Positions 19,682 to 35,064 of a stretch of 64,000 bases of DNA are shown piece after piece. A program made the position numbers and the translations under genes. The notes beneath the pieces were generated by a model. The model saw only the letters and a program-made list of their open reading frames with translations, ran no database searches and was not told the origin of the DNA. This DNA is from the human T2T-CHM13v2.0 reference genome, Homo sapiens: assembly GCF_009914755.1 (NCBI RefSeq), contig NC_060934.1. The stretch is one strand, 5' to 3'. The stretch's first letter is position 1. The number at the start of each line of letters is the position of its first letter.

Positions 19682-20886
19682 GTAAGTGACTAGGCACAGC
19701 AGCTCTAACAGCATGAGTGCCCTGTGTCGTTGCTGATGCAGAGGATGTGAGTCTGCTCTGAAACTCCTGCTGGTTTGACCAAGATCCAGCAAATGTGTTA
19801 GAGAAGACCAGATGGTGGACTCAGGAATGAATTTATCAGCATTCCTTGATAACTTGACATCCAGTGGCTTAAATAAGATCTTATTTTTTTCTCACCTAAT
19901 ACAAAGTCTGGCAGTAGGCAGCTGCTGGCATGGGGTCAGCAGCTCTGCTCTATCTCAGCCATTGCTTCTTCAGCTCTGCTGTTGTGCCTGTTTCTTCATG
20001 GACACAAGATGGTGGCTGTGGCTTCAGGCATCACAGCCATGTTCAGAAAGGTCAGAAAAGGGGTCGAACCAGATACATCTGTTCCTTTTTACAGGAAAGC
20101 AAAAGCTATCCCAGACTCAGCAGTCTTCCCCTTATATCTCAATGGCCAGGATTGACTGGGAAAACCAGGTGCAGAATTTTGTGACCAGCTTAGAGCTTAG
20201 ACCTATAATGAGCCACTGCCTCGAGCTGGGCACATTGTGGCCCACTCTCCTCCTTCAGTCCCCAAATCAGAGTTCTGTTAGCAAGAAAGCAGGCAATTTG
20301 CAGAGTCTGACACAGACACAATTGTGGTAAAATCCTCTCCATTTCCCAGGTCCAAGATATCTCCTACTTATTCATAAACTTGAAGCACAATTTTTTTCTT
20401 ATCAGAGGCACTGAGCCATTCAACATCCAGTGCCACAAGATGAAAATCCAGGGATGAGAGGTATGGAATCCACTCCGATTATAAAAGACATAGCTCAAAA
20501 CAGCAGCTGTACTTAAGTTGACAGTTGCAAAAGTGAATGGTGTTTTCATTCTTAAGAAATACTATTAATTAAAAATAGATGCTTATCCCTGACTGCACTG
20601 ACAAGGGGGAAGAAAGGCTGAGCAAGAGCCTGGAAGCTTGCCATTCTCTCCAGGTATTTTGTCTAGAACATGAAAGAAATGTGGTCAGGGCCTTCATCAA
20701 GAGTTGCTCAAATATGTCTCAGCATTTTACAAAATGCTTAGCGGTGGTTTTTTGCATCTGGCGGTGATCTGTGGAGGAAGATAAGCATGTTAGAGTGGAG
20801 GCAATTTGAGACCAGGCCTACATGTGGCTGCTGAGGAAGCAGATTTAGGCTGCTCTTTGAAAAAAAATTACTTCTGGTTTAGATTA

Positions 20887-21136
<250 letters not shown>

Positions 21137-23286
21137 TTATCCACATCTCATGTTTTACTTCATAAGACTATGTTAGGCTGGGAATGCTTATATTTAGACC
21201 TGTAGTTCTGCTCAGGTAAGTCATGTGGGGAGTTGTTCAGAGGCCCTGGAAGTAAGCTAAGAAGGGCCTGCATTTGGGAGAATTCCTGAAGCATTTGGGG
21301 AAGGGGTTGCAGGGTTAGACCCCTGTCTTCACCCAGAGCCTACAGCATTGAGGTGGATGTTATGACCCAGGGTTCACTTTCCCAAGCTGCATCGTCCACC
21401 CAGGTAGAAAGCATAGTTTTGTCAAGTACATTGTTAGAAGGTGACTCTTTCTTCTTTCCCTCCTAACTTCATCATGGACTGCTACTCCAGTATGGCTTGT
21501 GTTTGGGAATGTTCCTCCTAAACACCTTTGGTAGAGAGATAATTAACAATGTTTAAGCATGTACTATGTGTTGACAGTGGTGGACATTTGCTTGCTGTGC
21601 TTTATGCATATCCTATCATGCTGCCTTCCCCTGCTTTGGCAAGGGAAATAAAATGCAAACCACACCTGCTGACACTCAGTCAGGTACCTGAAGCCATTGG
21701 GTCTCTGAAGTGGAGGGACCAGGAGAGTGAGTGGAAGGGAGACTCCATGGTTGTCTTCTGGCAGCTTCATTAGAGGGCTAGTAGAATCTTTCAGCAGCCA
21801 GAACACAGCCAATTTTCTACTCTGAAAATCTGGTCATCCAAGATCTGGTCAGCCCAAGTGAACAATGTGATCAGATTCTATGTGTACTGATGACCAGTTA
21901 TATTTCAGTGTACTCTGGATCCTCACATTCAGCCTCATGAATATTTAGCCTTTCTAGGGAAAGGCATCCCATTCTTGAAGATCCATCAATGCCCCTTTAT
22001 GTGGAGGGCAGAAAGAGGATATCCATGAAGGGAAAAGAACCTCATCATGTTCCACTGCCCTGGGAATAGAAAGGAGAGAAGAGAGAGGGGAAGGTGGGAG
22101 AGAGAGGAGAGAGGAGAGTAGACTTCCCCTCCCAATTTGGAGAGCACATAGTGATCCACCCACAGGCATGAGCATGATCAATTCTGGATTGATGAAGAAG
22201 GTGGATGCCTTTTTGGCTTCTATATTTTTGGCTACTATCATAACCTTCAGGAGGCCAGACTGCATAGCCAATGTACAGATTTCCAGAAGGAGGAGGGGAA
22301 TAGGAGTATTAAAGAATTCAGGGAAATTAGGCCAAAATGGCATCTCCCAGCCCCCCACAAGGGATAGGCCAGCCTTCAAGGACCTACAGGGGCTCAGCAC
22401 TTTCAAGTTGGACCTAAGTAGATTCTTGGGATTTTGTGTCCCATAGGCATCCTTCAATTGACAGGCCCAAGACTACTTCAATAGGGGAGGAGGTCTTTTC
22501 ACAAAGGGAAAGCAGAATGCAGTGACTGAAAGGAAGGGGTAGGAACCTGGACAGGCAATGCCAACTGATGTCCACACCAAGGTCTCAAGAGGATGTCACA
22601 TGCAGAGGAATCAATCAAAGGATAATTTCCAGAACTGTGCTGAAAAGACAAGCTCCAAGCTGGGTCATTCTGAGAATTTCATCAGAGCAAGACAAGGCAG
22701 TCTAGTTATGGACTTATCCTTCCAGAAACTGGGGACAGGCAAGAACCAAGTGAGAAACAGACCCCAGCCAGCGGTTAGGATTTGCATATGGGTTAGGACC
22801 CACGGAAGGGAGAGAAATCTGGGAAAAGAGGGGTGTGGTTTAGGCATCAAGGAGATACTACATATAAAACATCTGGCATAGTTCCAGATGGTACATGATG
22901 CATGCATAACAAATGTTCTCTCTCTGCCGAGGGTATCCAGGAGGGAATGCCTATCTGAAGGGCTGAGGAATGGGGCAGCAGACAGAAGTCCAGGCTGAAC
23001 TAGAGAGGTCCTGGCCTGTTGTCCTCAAATTGAGGGCAGGAGAGTTGCAGAGCAGGCTGTGGGTATCTGGGTGTATATTCACAACAGCTAGGCTAGGTAA
23101 GGGCAAGGGATGGCAAGCAGCTCTTAATATTTTTAGTAGGGAGTAGGATGAGTAAACATAGGAAGGACTCAAGGAAACAACCACTTTGCATGACTCAGAT
23201 GCAAAAAAAGACATTAAGACAGAAGATAGAAGGTGAGATGTTGGCAGTGCTAGCAGTCCTCAGCAAAATGCTGCCTAAACTGTGTC

Positions 23287-23432
23287 CACAGCTGTGTTTC
23301 TCAAACTTTACTGTGCACGTGAATCACCTGGGAATCATATTGGGATGCAGATTCTGAATTGGTAGTTTTAAGGTGAGGACTAACCAGCTCCCAAGTGATG
23401 CTGATGCTGCCAGTCCAGGGACTAAAGTGAGT
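23287..23432. mobile_element. MER5-like DNA transposon relic
   Basis: 'tttctcaaactt...gaatcacctggg...atgcagattctga...gtgatgctgatgctgc'. Confidence 0.65.
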
Positions 23433-23822
23433 GGTAAGGCTTTTTATGGCTGTGGGCCAAAGGCTCTGGTCAAGAGCATATAGAAAACTCAGATTAAACA
23501 AAGTCTAGGGCATGAACAGAGGTACTGAAATTTAGTGTTTCAGAACCTACTAGACCACAGGAACTACTTTTTTCCTGGAGGACCTGTTATTATCTCATAG
23601 AAGCCTGTGCAGGAAAAGCTTCCTTAAGAGACCCTAAACTATAAAACCCTGCTCCCACTGAAGGAGTGCAGCACCACCCCCAAAACCCTCTGGAAGAGGC
23701 CAACCTTCAGGTGCACTGGAGCTGGGGCTTTCCCCTCTCTTCATCAGGGCTAGTAGAGAAAAAGAGGGCCACAGAGAGGTGCCTATCATACGAGTATGAT
23801 CTCCCCCTCACTTCACTTCTAG

Positions 23823-23960
23823 ATAAAAACATCTTACGCTGGAGTAAAGGAGAAGTACCTGAGTGAATACTGCTTTTCTGGTACCTACATTCTCTCCCTC
23901 CTTCTGCAAGGCTATCATTTCACAGCTGATTCCTGGGAGCACATCCATTTCATTGGCAAG
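23823..23960 (+). CDS. ENTPD1: ENTPD1 exon 9 ([20 protein letters not shown]...HIHFIGK)
   Basis: cttcacttctag acceptor, AAG|gtaatt donor, 138 nt; translated by hand. Confidence 0.96.
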
Positions 23961-24873
23961 GTAATTTGGGGGCCTGTTGGGCTGGGGGGAGGTTGGGGTT
24001 CGGTGGTAGTGACTGAAGCAGTTTGGGGCTTGAAAAAGGGGGGAGTCAGCATGGTGTAGCTTTGGCTTGATGTCCTGTTCTGCCATTCTGCTTCAAACCC
24101 TGGCATTCTGTGTCAAGCCCTCCTGGGTCTGTTGGCCCACTGTGAGCATCCTCGCTAAGGACAGCTACTTGCATTTTCAGTTGCACCTTCCCACATAACA
24201 GTGACTAATTCCTTACAAAACAAAACACAAAACGAGATATATTAAAGTAACAGCATTTCAGCAGCTACAGTGACTCTGTGTGCTGACTTCAGCAGCCCTC
24301 TGAAAGGCCCCTTCCATAAGCTGGGAAAGTATGATCATGGTTTCATCATCCTTGTTGGTTATTACTTCAAGGTTGACCAATCTGAAAGCTCTGTGTGAAG
24401 AAGGGGACTGAGTGGCTGTGAATGATGAGACCGTTGTTTAGAAGCCAGGCTTAGCCTGAGTCCGGAAGAAGCAACCTCAATGCTGTGCTTTACCATAGCA
24501 CCACCTGCAGGTATCCAGGAATAGAGAACCCAGCTGAGCGACTCATGCTTGACCAAAAATACCCAGAGCAGTGTGTCTCTACCTTTTTAAGCCCATGCTC
24601 ACTAGTGGGGAAAACATTTTACCCCCTGTATTAAATATGGTGATTTCAAGCAAAACAAAGCATTGAGACAGAGGGCTGTAGCAGGCCTGAGGATAACAGT
24701 GTCCTTACACTCTTGTCAGTGCTGATCTTGCTAATTCAAACTTAAATCTTTTCCTTGTTATAATATTCCAGACTTCCTTTAATTCCAGCAGTTTATTTTG
24801 TTTGAAAGATTATACCTATGTCAAATTTAGGACTGACACACGAGGTAGTCATGATGTATGTGTGTGTATATAC

Positions 24874-25179
<306 letters not shown>

Positions 25180-25275
25180 TGAACTCTTCCAATGCATGAT
25201 CCAATAATTCTAAGCCCTAGGTGATAACTCTTCTAACTCCTCCAACCACAAACAGACTTTCCCCACTGTTTGCAG

Positions 25276-25482
25276 ATCCAGGGCAGCGACGCCGGCTGGA
25301 CTTTGGGCTACATGCTGAACCTGACCAACATGATCCCAGCTGAGCAACCATTGTCCACACCTCTCTCCCACTCCACCTATGTCTTCCTCATGGTTCTATT
25401 CTCCCTGGTCCTTTTCACAGTGGCCATCATAGGCTTGCTTATCTTTCACAAGCCTTCATATTTCTGGAAAGATATGGTATAG
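25276..25482 (+). CDS. ENTPD1: ENTPD1 last coding exon ([17 protein letters not shown]5; C-terminal transmembrane helix; stop TAG)
   Basis: ctgtttgcag acceptor; 68 codons ending SYFWKDMV*. Confidence 0.97.
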   Translation: MQGSDAGWTLGYMLNLTNMIPAEQPLSTPLSHSTYVFLMVLFSLVLFTVAIIGLLIFHKPSYFWKDMV

Positions 25483-28186
25483 CAAAAGCAGCTGAAATAT
25501 GCTGGCTGGAGTGAGGAAAAAAATCGTCCAGGGAGCATTTTCCTCCATCGCAGTGTTCAAGGCCATCCTTCCCTGTCTGCCAGGGCCAGTCTTGACGAGT
25601 GTGAAGCTTCCTTGGCTTTTACTGAAGCCTTTCTTTTGGAGGTATTCAATATCCTTTGCCTCAAGGACTTCGGCAGATACTGTCTCTTTCATGAGTTTTT
25701 CCCAGCTACACCTTTCTCCTTTGTACTTTGTGCTTGTATAGGTTTTAAAGACCTGACACCTTTCATAATCTTTGCTTTATAAAAGAACAATATTGACTTT
25801 GTCTAGAAGAACTGAGAGTCTTGAGTCCTGTGATAGGAGGCTGAGCTGGCTGAAAGAAGAATCTCAGGAACTGGTTCAGTTGTACTCTTTAAGAACCCCT
25901 TTCTCTCTCCTGTTTGCCATCCATTAAGAAAGCCATATGATGCCTTTGGAGAAGGCAGACACACATTCCATTCCCAGCCTGCTCTGTGGGTAGGAGAATT
26001 TTCTACAGTAGGCAAATATGTGCTAAAGCCAAAGAGTTTTATAAGGAAATATATGTGCTCATGCAGTCAATACAGTTCTCAATCCCACCCAAAGCAGGTA
26101 TGTCAATAAATCACATATTCCTAGGTGATACCCAAATGCTACAGAGTGGAACACTCAGACCTGAGATTTGCAAAAAGCAGATGTAAATATATGCATTCAA
26201 ACATCAGGGCTTACTATGAGGTAGGTGGTATATACATGTCACAAATAAAAATACAGTTACAACTCAGGGTCACAAAAAATGCATCTTCCAATGCATATTT
26301 TTATTATGGTAAAATATACATAAATATAATTCACCATTTTAACATTTAATTCATATTAAATACGTACAAATCAGTGACATTTAGTACATTCACAGTGTTG
26401 TGCCACCATCACCACTATTTAGTTCCAGAACATTTGCATCATCAATACATTGTCTAGAGACAAGACTATCCTGGGTAGGCAGAAACCATAGATCTTTTGT
26501 GTTTACAGCTATGGAAACCAACTGTACCATAAAGATAGTTCACTGAGTTTTAAAGCCAAGCCACATCTTATTTTTCCAAGGTTTAATTTAGTGAGAGGGC
26601 AGCATTAGTGTGGAGTGGCATGCTTTTGCCCTATCGTGGAATTTACACATCAGAATGTGCAGGATCCAAGTCTGAAAGTGTTGCCACCCGTCACACAACA
26701 TGGGCTTTGTTTGCTTATTCCATGAAGCAGCAGCTATAGACCTTACCATGGAAACATGAAGAGACCCTGCACCCCTTTCCTTAAGGATTGCTGCAAGAGT
26801 TACCTGTTGAGCAGGATTGACTGGTGATGTTTCATTCTGACCTTGTCCCAAGCTCTCCATCTCTAGATCTGGGGACTGACTGTTGAGCTGATGGGGAAAG
26901 AAAAGCTCTCACACAAACCGGAAGCCAAATGTCCCCTATCTCTTGAATGATCAAGTCACTTTTGACAACATCCAGGTGAATATAAAAACTTAATAAAGCT
27001 GTGGAAAGGAACTCTTAATCTTCTTTTCTGCTACTTAGGTTAAATTCACTAGATCTTGATTAGGAATCAAAATTCGAATTGGGACATGTTCAAATTCTTT
27101 CTTGTGGTAGTTGCCTATACTGTCATCGCTGCTGTTGGTTGAGCATTTGTGGTGTACCACGCTGTGTGCTCAAGGGTATTACATTCATCTTCTCATTTAA
27201 TCCTCACAACAATCTGAAGAAGGTAGGTATTACAATTCCCACTTCATAGAAACAGAAACTGAGGTTCAGAGAGGTTAAGTCATTTGCCCAAATGGCTGAG
27301 CCAAAGCCTACCATGTACCTAACCTTTATTTTCTTTCCCGAACATACCAGGCTGTCTCCTCATAACTTCCAAGCATGCACTTAAAACTCCACATGAATAC
27401 AAGGTTCATGGGACTTGGTATTCATAGAAAGGGAGGCAGAAAGCTGGTCTGTTCCTGATAGGCTTGTAATTTAATATCATTCTGTTCATGTGCTTTGGAT
27501 GGAAGCACATCCGGCATATGATGCTAATCAGTGGTTCCCATACCCCTGGCTTCCTAATTTTAATGTTTGCTCACAGCATAGTAGATTGACATCAAATAGT
27601 GGCCGATGATGATGAAAATAAAGGTCAAATAAGTTGAGCCAATAACAGCCGCTTTTTTCCTTCTGTCTGCGTATACAAAGCACTGTCATGCACACAATCT
27701 ATTCTGACCCTCACAACAACCCATAAGGGTGTAAATAGTATTTCCATTTTACAAATGAGGATCACACAAACTACTACATGGCAGAGCAGATACTCCAACT
27801 CATGTCTTCTGGTTGAAGCCTATTGCTTTTTCTTTTCTAAACACTTTCCCTCAGCAAGTTGGAATTAGACTTCACAAGTCTCCTTCAGAGAACACAAATC
27901 TTTTCTTATTCCATTCCTGTTTGGTTGCCTACGTCCAATCTCCCCCTCCCCAGAGATGCCAAAAAAAAAATCCTTTAAGGTATTTGGGAGCCAAACTCAA
28001 CTTGTTAAAATCTCAAATTATGGAGACAATCAGCAGACACAACCTAACCCCAATTATTTTGGCAGGAAGGTTGGTTTAGAGGCAGATCCAGCAATCTGCT
28101 TTGGGCCACTCTGGGTGGGGTAGGTGAAATAAGATTGGTCACTGTTAACTAATTTTAATATTGGATTGGCCATTGGTTATCACTGA

Positions 28187-28765
<579 letters not shown>

Positions 28766-29391
28766 TAAATAAAATTTTTTAAAATTACACTTCATTTTAA
28801 TGTTGTATCAGTCAAGGTCCCTGCAAGAGATGGATGGTATGGTACACTCAAACTGGGTAACACAGGAGAGTTTTCAGAAAGCAACTAAATCCAAAATACT
28901 ATCAAGGAATCAATATAAAAATTGTTAATATTTTTCTCATACTAAATTTTCAAAATATTTTGTGTCTATTACATTTACAGCACATCTTAATTAGGACTAG
29001 CTGTGTGTTCACCTCACATGTGGCTTGTAGCTACCATACTGGACAGCACATGTCCAAAAAAATACACGTAAAGTTAAAGTTTAAAAGACACAGGAACTAA
29101 GCCCTCATTGTCTTTCCCTTGGGAGGTAGTTTAAAGAGCTATAGATGCTGTAACATTCTTGCTATTATTTATTATATATGACATTATTCCTAAAAAAGCT
29201 TTTGAGATCCTAGGTTGTATTCCTCAGGTTTTGTTGCCTTCCCATGAAGATGTGAAGGCAGGGATGCCTGTTATTCAGTCCAAGATGCATGACAAGAGAC
29301 CTTGGGAAAGTTTCATCTGGATTTAAAGATTAATTCTTGATGCTTACATTCCATACTCAAAATGTAAATTTGAATATTAAAATAAAGATGA

Positions 29392-29676
29392 TTTTTTTTT
29401 TGGAGCTAGTCTTGCTCTGTTGCCCAGGCTGGAATGCAGTGGCATGATCATGGCTCACTGCAGCCTCGACCTCCCAAGCTCAAGCAAGGCTACAGGTGTG
29501 CACCTAAGTAGCTAGGACTACAGGTGTGCACCACCATGTCTAGCTATTTTTTTTTCTGTAGAGACAGGGTTTTCCTATGTTGTCCAGGCTGGTCTCGAAC
29601 TCCTGCCCTCAAGCAATCCTCCTGCCTTGGCCTCCCAAAGTGTTGAGATTACAGGCGTAAGCCACTGCACCTGGCC
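29392..29676 (-). mobile_element. AluJ in ENTPD1 3'UTR with small internal duplication
   Basis: Reverse Alu; ctacaggtgtgcacc occurs twice. Confidence 0.9.
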
Positions 29677-31470
29677 AAGATGAATATTTTAATAGCTCAC
29701 AGAACAAAGTTTGCCACATAATGATAAAATTACTATGAAAATATATTCCCTTTATTGTCAGTTTAAAAGATGAACTGAGTTTCACCCAAACTGGTCTGGC
29801 CCCTCTCTGATTCAAATACCAATAGTTGCTCTGATTCAAATTCCAACTGTTAGAACATGACAGTTGCTCATAACTAGCTTTGCTTACTAACCATGTTTCT
29901 TTCCATTTGTATTAGGTCCTTTACTTTTTATAACAGCCTCAAAGTTTCATGAATTGCTGCAGTAAACATTGATTTTCATGTTTGTGAGTCTGCAAGCCAG
30001 CTGGGCAGCTCTACTTCAGGTGGTAAGGGTGGATCAGACCTATTCCATATACCTCTTGTTCTCCTTGTCCAGTGGTTTCTAGGGATATGTTCTCATGATG
30101 AACCCCGCAGAGGCTCGTGAAAGTGAGAGGAAACTAGGATGCCTCTTAAGGTCTTGGTCAGGATGGGGTCTCCTGTCACTTCTGTCACAGGCTATTGTAA
30201 GTCATATGAGCAAGCTCAATAAAATATAAACAAGTCAGATAAACAGTGGGAGGAATGGCAAAGTCATATGGCCAAGGCCATGAGTGATTAATTTTAACAC
30301 AGGAAAAAAGTAAAGCATTAAATGCGATTATTTAATATACAATGTCTTATTAACTGAAATATAAAATGTGTTTACTGTAAAATATAATCTGCTTATCTCA
30401 CCAAAGAAATATTATCTTTAAAAAATGTCATTACTTCTAAGACATCATCAGTCTGCAACTTCTTTCCATAGCCTTAATCAGGATGCTGTGGCAGCTCCCA
30501 CATTAGCCTCGCCTTCTAAACTGGTAGATGTCCTAGGAAACCATACATCTATGTATTTTTCTTATTTTATACGTTTAGGACAATGTATAGCTAATTACCC
30601 AACTTTTTATTTGCATACAAATCTAATACAACTGAACACAATCAGTTTTATCACAGGTATAATGGATTTTTCAATAGTGAGGAGGTGCCTCCATGAGCCT
30701 TCTCTTTAGAAAAGTGGCATTCAAGACTCTTCATTTGAAGTGAAGATTGCTATGTCTTTTGCATTGCTCTATTTTACATAAATTAAGTTATAAATTGACA
30801 CTATAATCAACTGACACCATGATCAGTGATGATGATCACCCTCATCAGCACTAGAGTTGACTTGTTTTTATAACCCCTTTGCATGTATGTTGAATAGCAA
30901 AGTTCATCAGAGAACATGTATTAGTCAATGGTAAGTAAGATACTCTCATCTAAGAAATAACATCACCTCTTCTAATGAAGTTCTAAGAAGAGAGGGAAGA
31001 AAAAGTCTTGGGAGCTAGTCAGGGAATAGTGTGTATTTGCAATTACCTAAACTGAACTCTACCATTACTCCTAACCCAGTTCCTCCTCCTGTGTTTTACA
31101 TGATTAATGCCACCCCTGCCTCAATGAACCAAGATCAGCTCCATCACTGGGACCTCCCCATTCTGCCTGTGCAATATTTTTCTTTTTTATTTCTCCTTCT
31201 AATATTACTGTTATTGCTCCAGTAAAGAGCTGTAATATATTTTACCTGGACTGATACCAGGAATGGTGGTGTTGCTTCCAATCTGTTGCTGCTAGATTAA
31301 TCTTTGCAAAGCACAGGCTTAATTTCATTGCTGCTCAACTAAAACCACTGGTGGCTTTCCATTGCCTACAAAATAAAGTCAACCTCCCCATCAGACATTC
31401 AAGGCTTTCAATGATCCATGGCCGCCAGCTCTCTCCAGGCTCATATCCCACTCCACTCCTCTGATGTTTC

Positions 31471-31500
31471 CTACACTACACTACACTATACTACACTACA
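31471..31500 (+). repeat. (CTACA)n pentanucleotide repeat
   Basis: ctacactacactacactatactacactaca. Confidence 0.9.
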
Positions 31501-32798
31501 GCCAGGTAGAATGACTGTTCACCCAACACCACTCAGGTTGTCTTCTCAACTTGGAATACTCTTGCACCTTCAAAGCTCATTTCAAATGCCCCTTCATTTG
31601 TGAAGCCTTCTCCAAATTTCCAAGTCAGAATGTCTCTTCCTTGTGCTACCACAACCCTTTAACTGAGCCTCCATTAGTGCACTGAGACCATTCTGTTCAG
31701 TGTCTGGGTGAAGCTTCCTGGTGAAAAATATGTTACCTATTTCTTTCTGAAAAGTTGGATTCAGGGATATTATCACGGACCTAAGGTAATAGTTCTAGCC
31801 AACCTCCCTGTCCACTGCCAGGCCGACTACAAACCCTTCTGTTGCTGGCGAGCTGGTCCGCACCACTAGTTCTGCTTCACTCTATTTATCTCTTGATGTA
31901 ACCATCTTCTTTCTCCAGGTTTTAAGAACCAGCCCAACTCCTGGTTCCCTGATGAAGCTTTTATTCCCCTAGCCACATGGAACTTTTCCTTTTTGGAACA
32001 TGCCTTTAGTTTCTGTGTAGTTTGCCATGCAGCACTTCATTGTACACATTATTAAAACAGAATTTTAAGGATTAGAATGAACCTTAAAAGATCATGCATC
32101 TCAAAATTTAATGTACATACAAATTACCCAGGGATTTTGTTGAAATAAAAATTATTTAATTTTAATTAATATAAATAATTCAGTAGGTCTGGGGTGAGGC
32201 CTGAGGTTTTACATTTCCAACAAGCTGCCAGGTAAAGCCAATACATCTGTCCAGGAATCACACTTTGCGTATCAAAGGTCTAGATGACATTATCATTCCA
32301 AAGAGTTTCTTTTACAGGCTCTCAGATCAGTGTTCATCCACTACCTGACTACTGTCATTCATAGGCATTCTGTTCCACAGCAGGCCAGCTAACGTGGTAT
32401 TTACAAAGCTCACTCCTCTTATACAACAATCCAAGTGTTTCTTTTGTCAGTTGTCTGTGCCCCAGGAGATCCCTCTCTGCCTTGCCTTGCCCTCTGCCTT
32501 TGGAGACCAGCACCTCATACTCAGTGAAGGCCTGGAGTGCTTAAGAGGGATTTCTTCCAGCTCTCTTGCCCTGGTCTTCAGTGTATTAGATGTATTACCT
32601 CCATGCTCTCAGTAGAGGCCCATAGGAAAGAGTAGGTAGGTTATGCCAGCTCACACGCATCCTTTAAAAATGGTTTAGAAGTTTAGCTGGTTTCTTATTA
32701 CTCCTGTCTATGGATGTTTCCTTCTGTCACTCTACTAGGGATGAAACAGCTAATCATGTTCAATAGTTACATTTAGATTGGTTTTTAAAAACTATGAT

Positions 32799-35064
32799 TG
32801 TATTAGTTCGCTTCCATGCTGCTGATAAAGACATATCTGAGACTGGAAACAAAAAGGGTTTAATTGGACTTACAGTTCCACATGGCTGGGGAGGCCTCAA
32901 AATCAGGTGGGAGGCAAAAGGTACTTCTTACGTGGTGGCATCAAGAGCAAAATGAGGAAGAAGCAAAAGCAGAAACTCTTCATAAACCCACCAGATCTTG
33001 TGGGACTTATTATCACGAGAATAGCACAGAAAAGACTGGCCTCCATGATTCAATTACCTCCCACTGCGTCCCTCCCACAACATGTGGGAATTCTGGGAGA
33101 TACAATTCAAGTTGAGATTTGGGTGGGGACACAGCCAAACCATATCATTCCTCCCTGGGCTCCTCCAAATTTCATAATCCTCACATTTCAAAACCAATCA
33201 TTCCTTCCCAACAGTTCCCCAAAGTCTTAACTCATTTCAGCATTAACCCAAAAGTCCACAGTCCAAAGTCTCATCTGAGACAAGGCAAGTCCCTTCCACT
33301 TACAAGCCTGTAAAAGCAAGCTAGTTACCTCCTAGATACAATGGGGGGTACAGGTATTGGGTAAATACAGCTGTTCCAAATGAGAGAAATTGGCCAAAAC
33401 AAAGGGGTTACAGGGTCCATGCAAGTCTGAAATCCAGTGGGGCAGTCAAATTTTAAAGCTCCATAATGATCTCCTTTGACTCCATGTCTCACATTCAGGT
33501 CATGCTGATGCAAGAGATAGGTTCCCATGGTCTTGTGCAGCTCCGCCCCTGTGGCTTTGCAGAGTACAGCCTCCCTCCTGGCTGCTTTCTCAGGCTGATG
33601 TTGAGTGTCTGTAGCTTTTCCAGGCACAAGATGCAAGTTGGTGGTTGATCTACCATTCTGGGGTCTACCATTCTGGGGTCTACCGTTCTGGGACTGTGGC
33701 CTTCTTCTCACAGCTCCACTAGGCAGTGCCCCAACAGGGACTCTGTGTGGGGGCTCTGCCCCACATTTCCCTTCCACACTGCCCTAGGAGAGGTTCCCCA
33801 TGAGGGCTCTGCCCCTGCAGCAAACTTTTGCCTGGACATCCAGGTGTTTCCATATATATTCTGAAATCTAGGCAGAGGTTCCCAAATCTCAATTCTTGAC
33901 ATCTCTGCACCCACAGGCTCAACATCACATGGAAGCTGCCAATGCTTGGGGCCTCTACCCTCTGAAGCCACAGCCCAAGCTCTATGTTGGCTCCTTTCAG
34001 CCATGGCTGGAGCAGCTGGGACACAGGGCACCAAGTCCCTAGGCTGCACACAGCACAGAGACCCTGGGCCCAGCCCACAAAACCACTTTTTCCTCCTGGG
34101 CCTCTGGGCCTGTGATGGGAGGGGCTGCCATGAAGGTCTCTGACATGACCTGGAGACATTTTCCCCATGGTCTTGGGGATTAACATTAGGCTCCTTGCTG
34201 CTTATGCAAATTTCTGCAGCCAGCTTGAATTTCTCCTTAAAAAAAATGGGTTTTTCTTTTCTACTGCATCATCAGGCTGCAGATTTTCCACATTTATGCT
34301 CTTGTTTCCCTTTTAAAACAGAATGTTTTTAACAGCACCCAAGTCACCTTTTGAATGCTTTGCTGCTTAGAAATTTATTCCACCAGATACCCTAAGTCAT
34401 CTCTCTCAAGCTCTAAGTTCCACAAATCTCTAGGGCAAGGGTGAAATGCTGCCAGTCTCCTTGCTAAAACATAACAAGGGTCACCTTTACTTCAGTTCCC
34501 AACAAGGTCTTCATCTCCATCTGAGACCACCTCAGCCTGGACCTTATTGTTCATATCACTATCAGTATTTTTGTCAATGCCATTCACAGTCTCTAGGAGG
34601 TTCCAAACTTTCCTACATTTTCCTATCTTCTTCTGAGCCCTCCAGATTATTTCAACACCCAGTTCCAAAGTTGCTTCCACATTTTCGGGTATCTTTTCAG
34701 CAATGCCCCACTCTACTGGTACTATTAGTCCATTTTCATGCTGCTGATAAAGACATACCTGAGACTGGGAACAAAAAGAGGTTTAATTGGACTTATAGTT
34801 CCACCTGGCTGGGGAGGCCTCAGAATCATGGCAGGAGGTGAAAGGCATTTCTTACACGGCAGCAGCAAGAGAAAAATGAAGAAGCAGCAAAAGCAGAAAC
34901 CCCTGATAAAACCATCAGATCTCGTGAGACTTATTCACTATCACAAGAATAGCATGGGAAAGACCAGCCCCCTTGATTCAATTACCTCCCCCTGGGTCCT
35001 GTGGGAATTCTGGAAGGTACAATTCAAGTTGAGATTTGGGTGGGGACACAGCCAAACCATATCA
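32799..35064 (-). mobile_element. Full-length THE1 (ERVL-MaLR) element: LTR 32799-33147, internal 33148-34722, LTR ~34723-35064
   Basis: Two homologous LTRs ending 'ggggacacagccaaaccatatca'; 5-bp TSD ATGAT at 32794-32798 and 35065-35069. Confidence 0.93.

Noticed and set aside
19812-20330. 172-aa intronic ORF
   Set aside because: Lies over what looks like an old MLT1-type LTR; no protein-like features.
21954-22457. 167-aa minus-strand ORF and overlapping plus-strand ORF in intron 8
   Set aside because: Runs through a GA-rich low-complexity tract; no recognisable homology or exon structure.
33325-34186. Overlapping 113-155 aa ORFs
   Set aside because: THE1 internal sequence, fragmented and non-autonomous.
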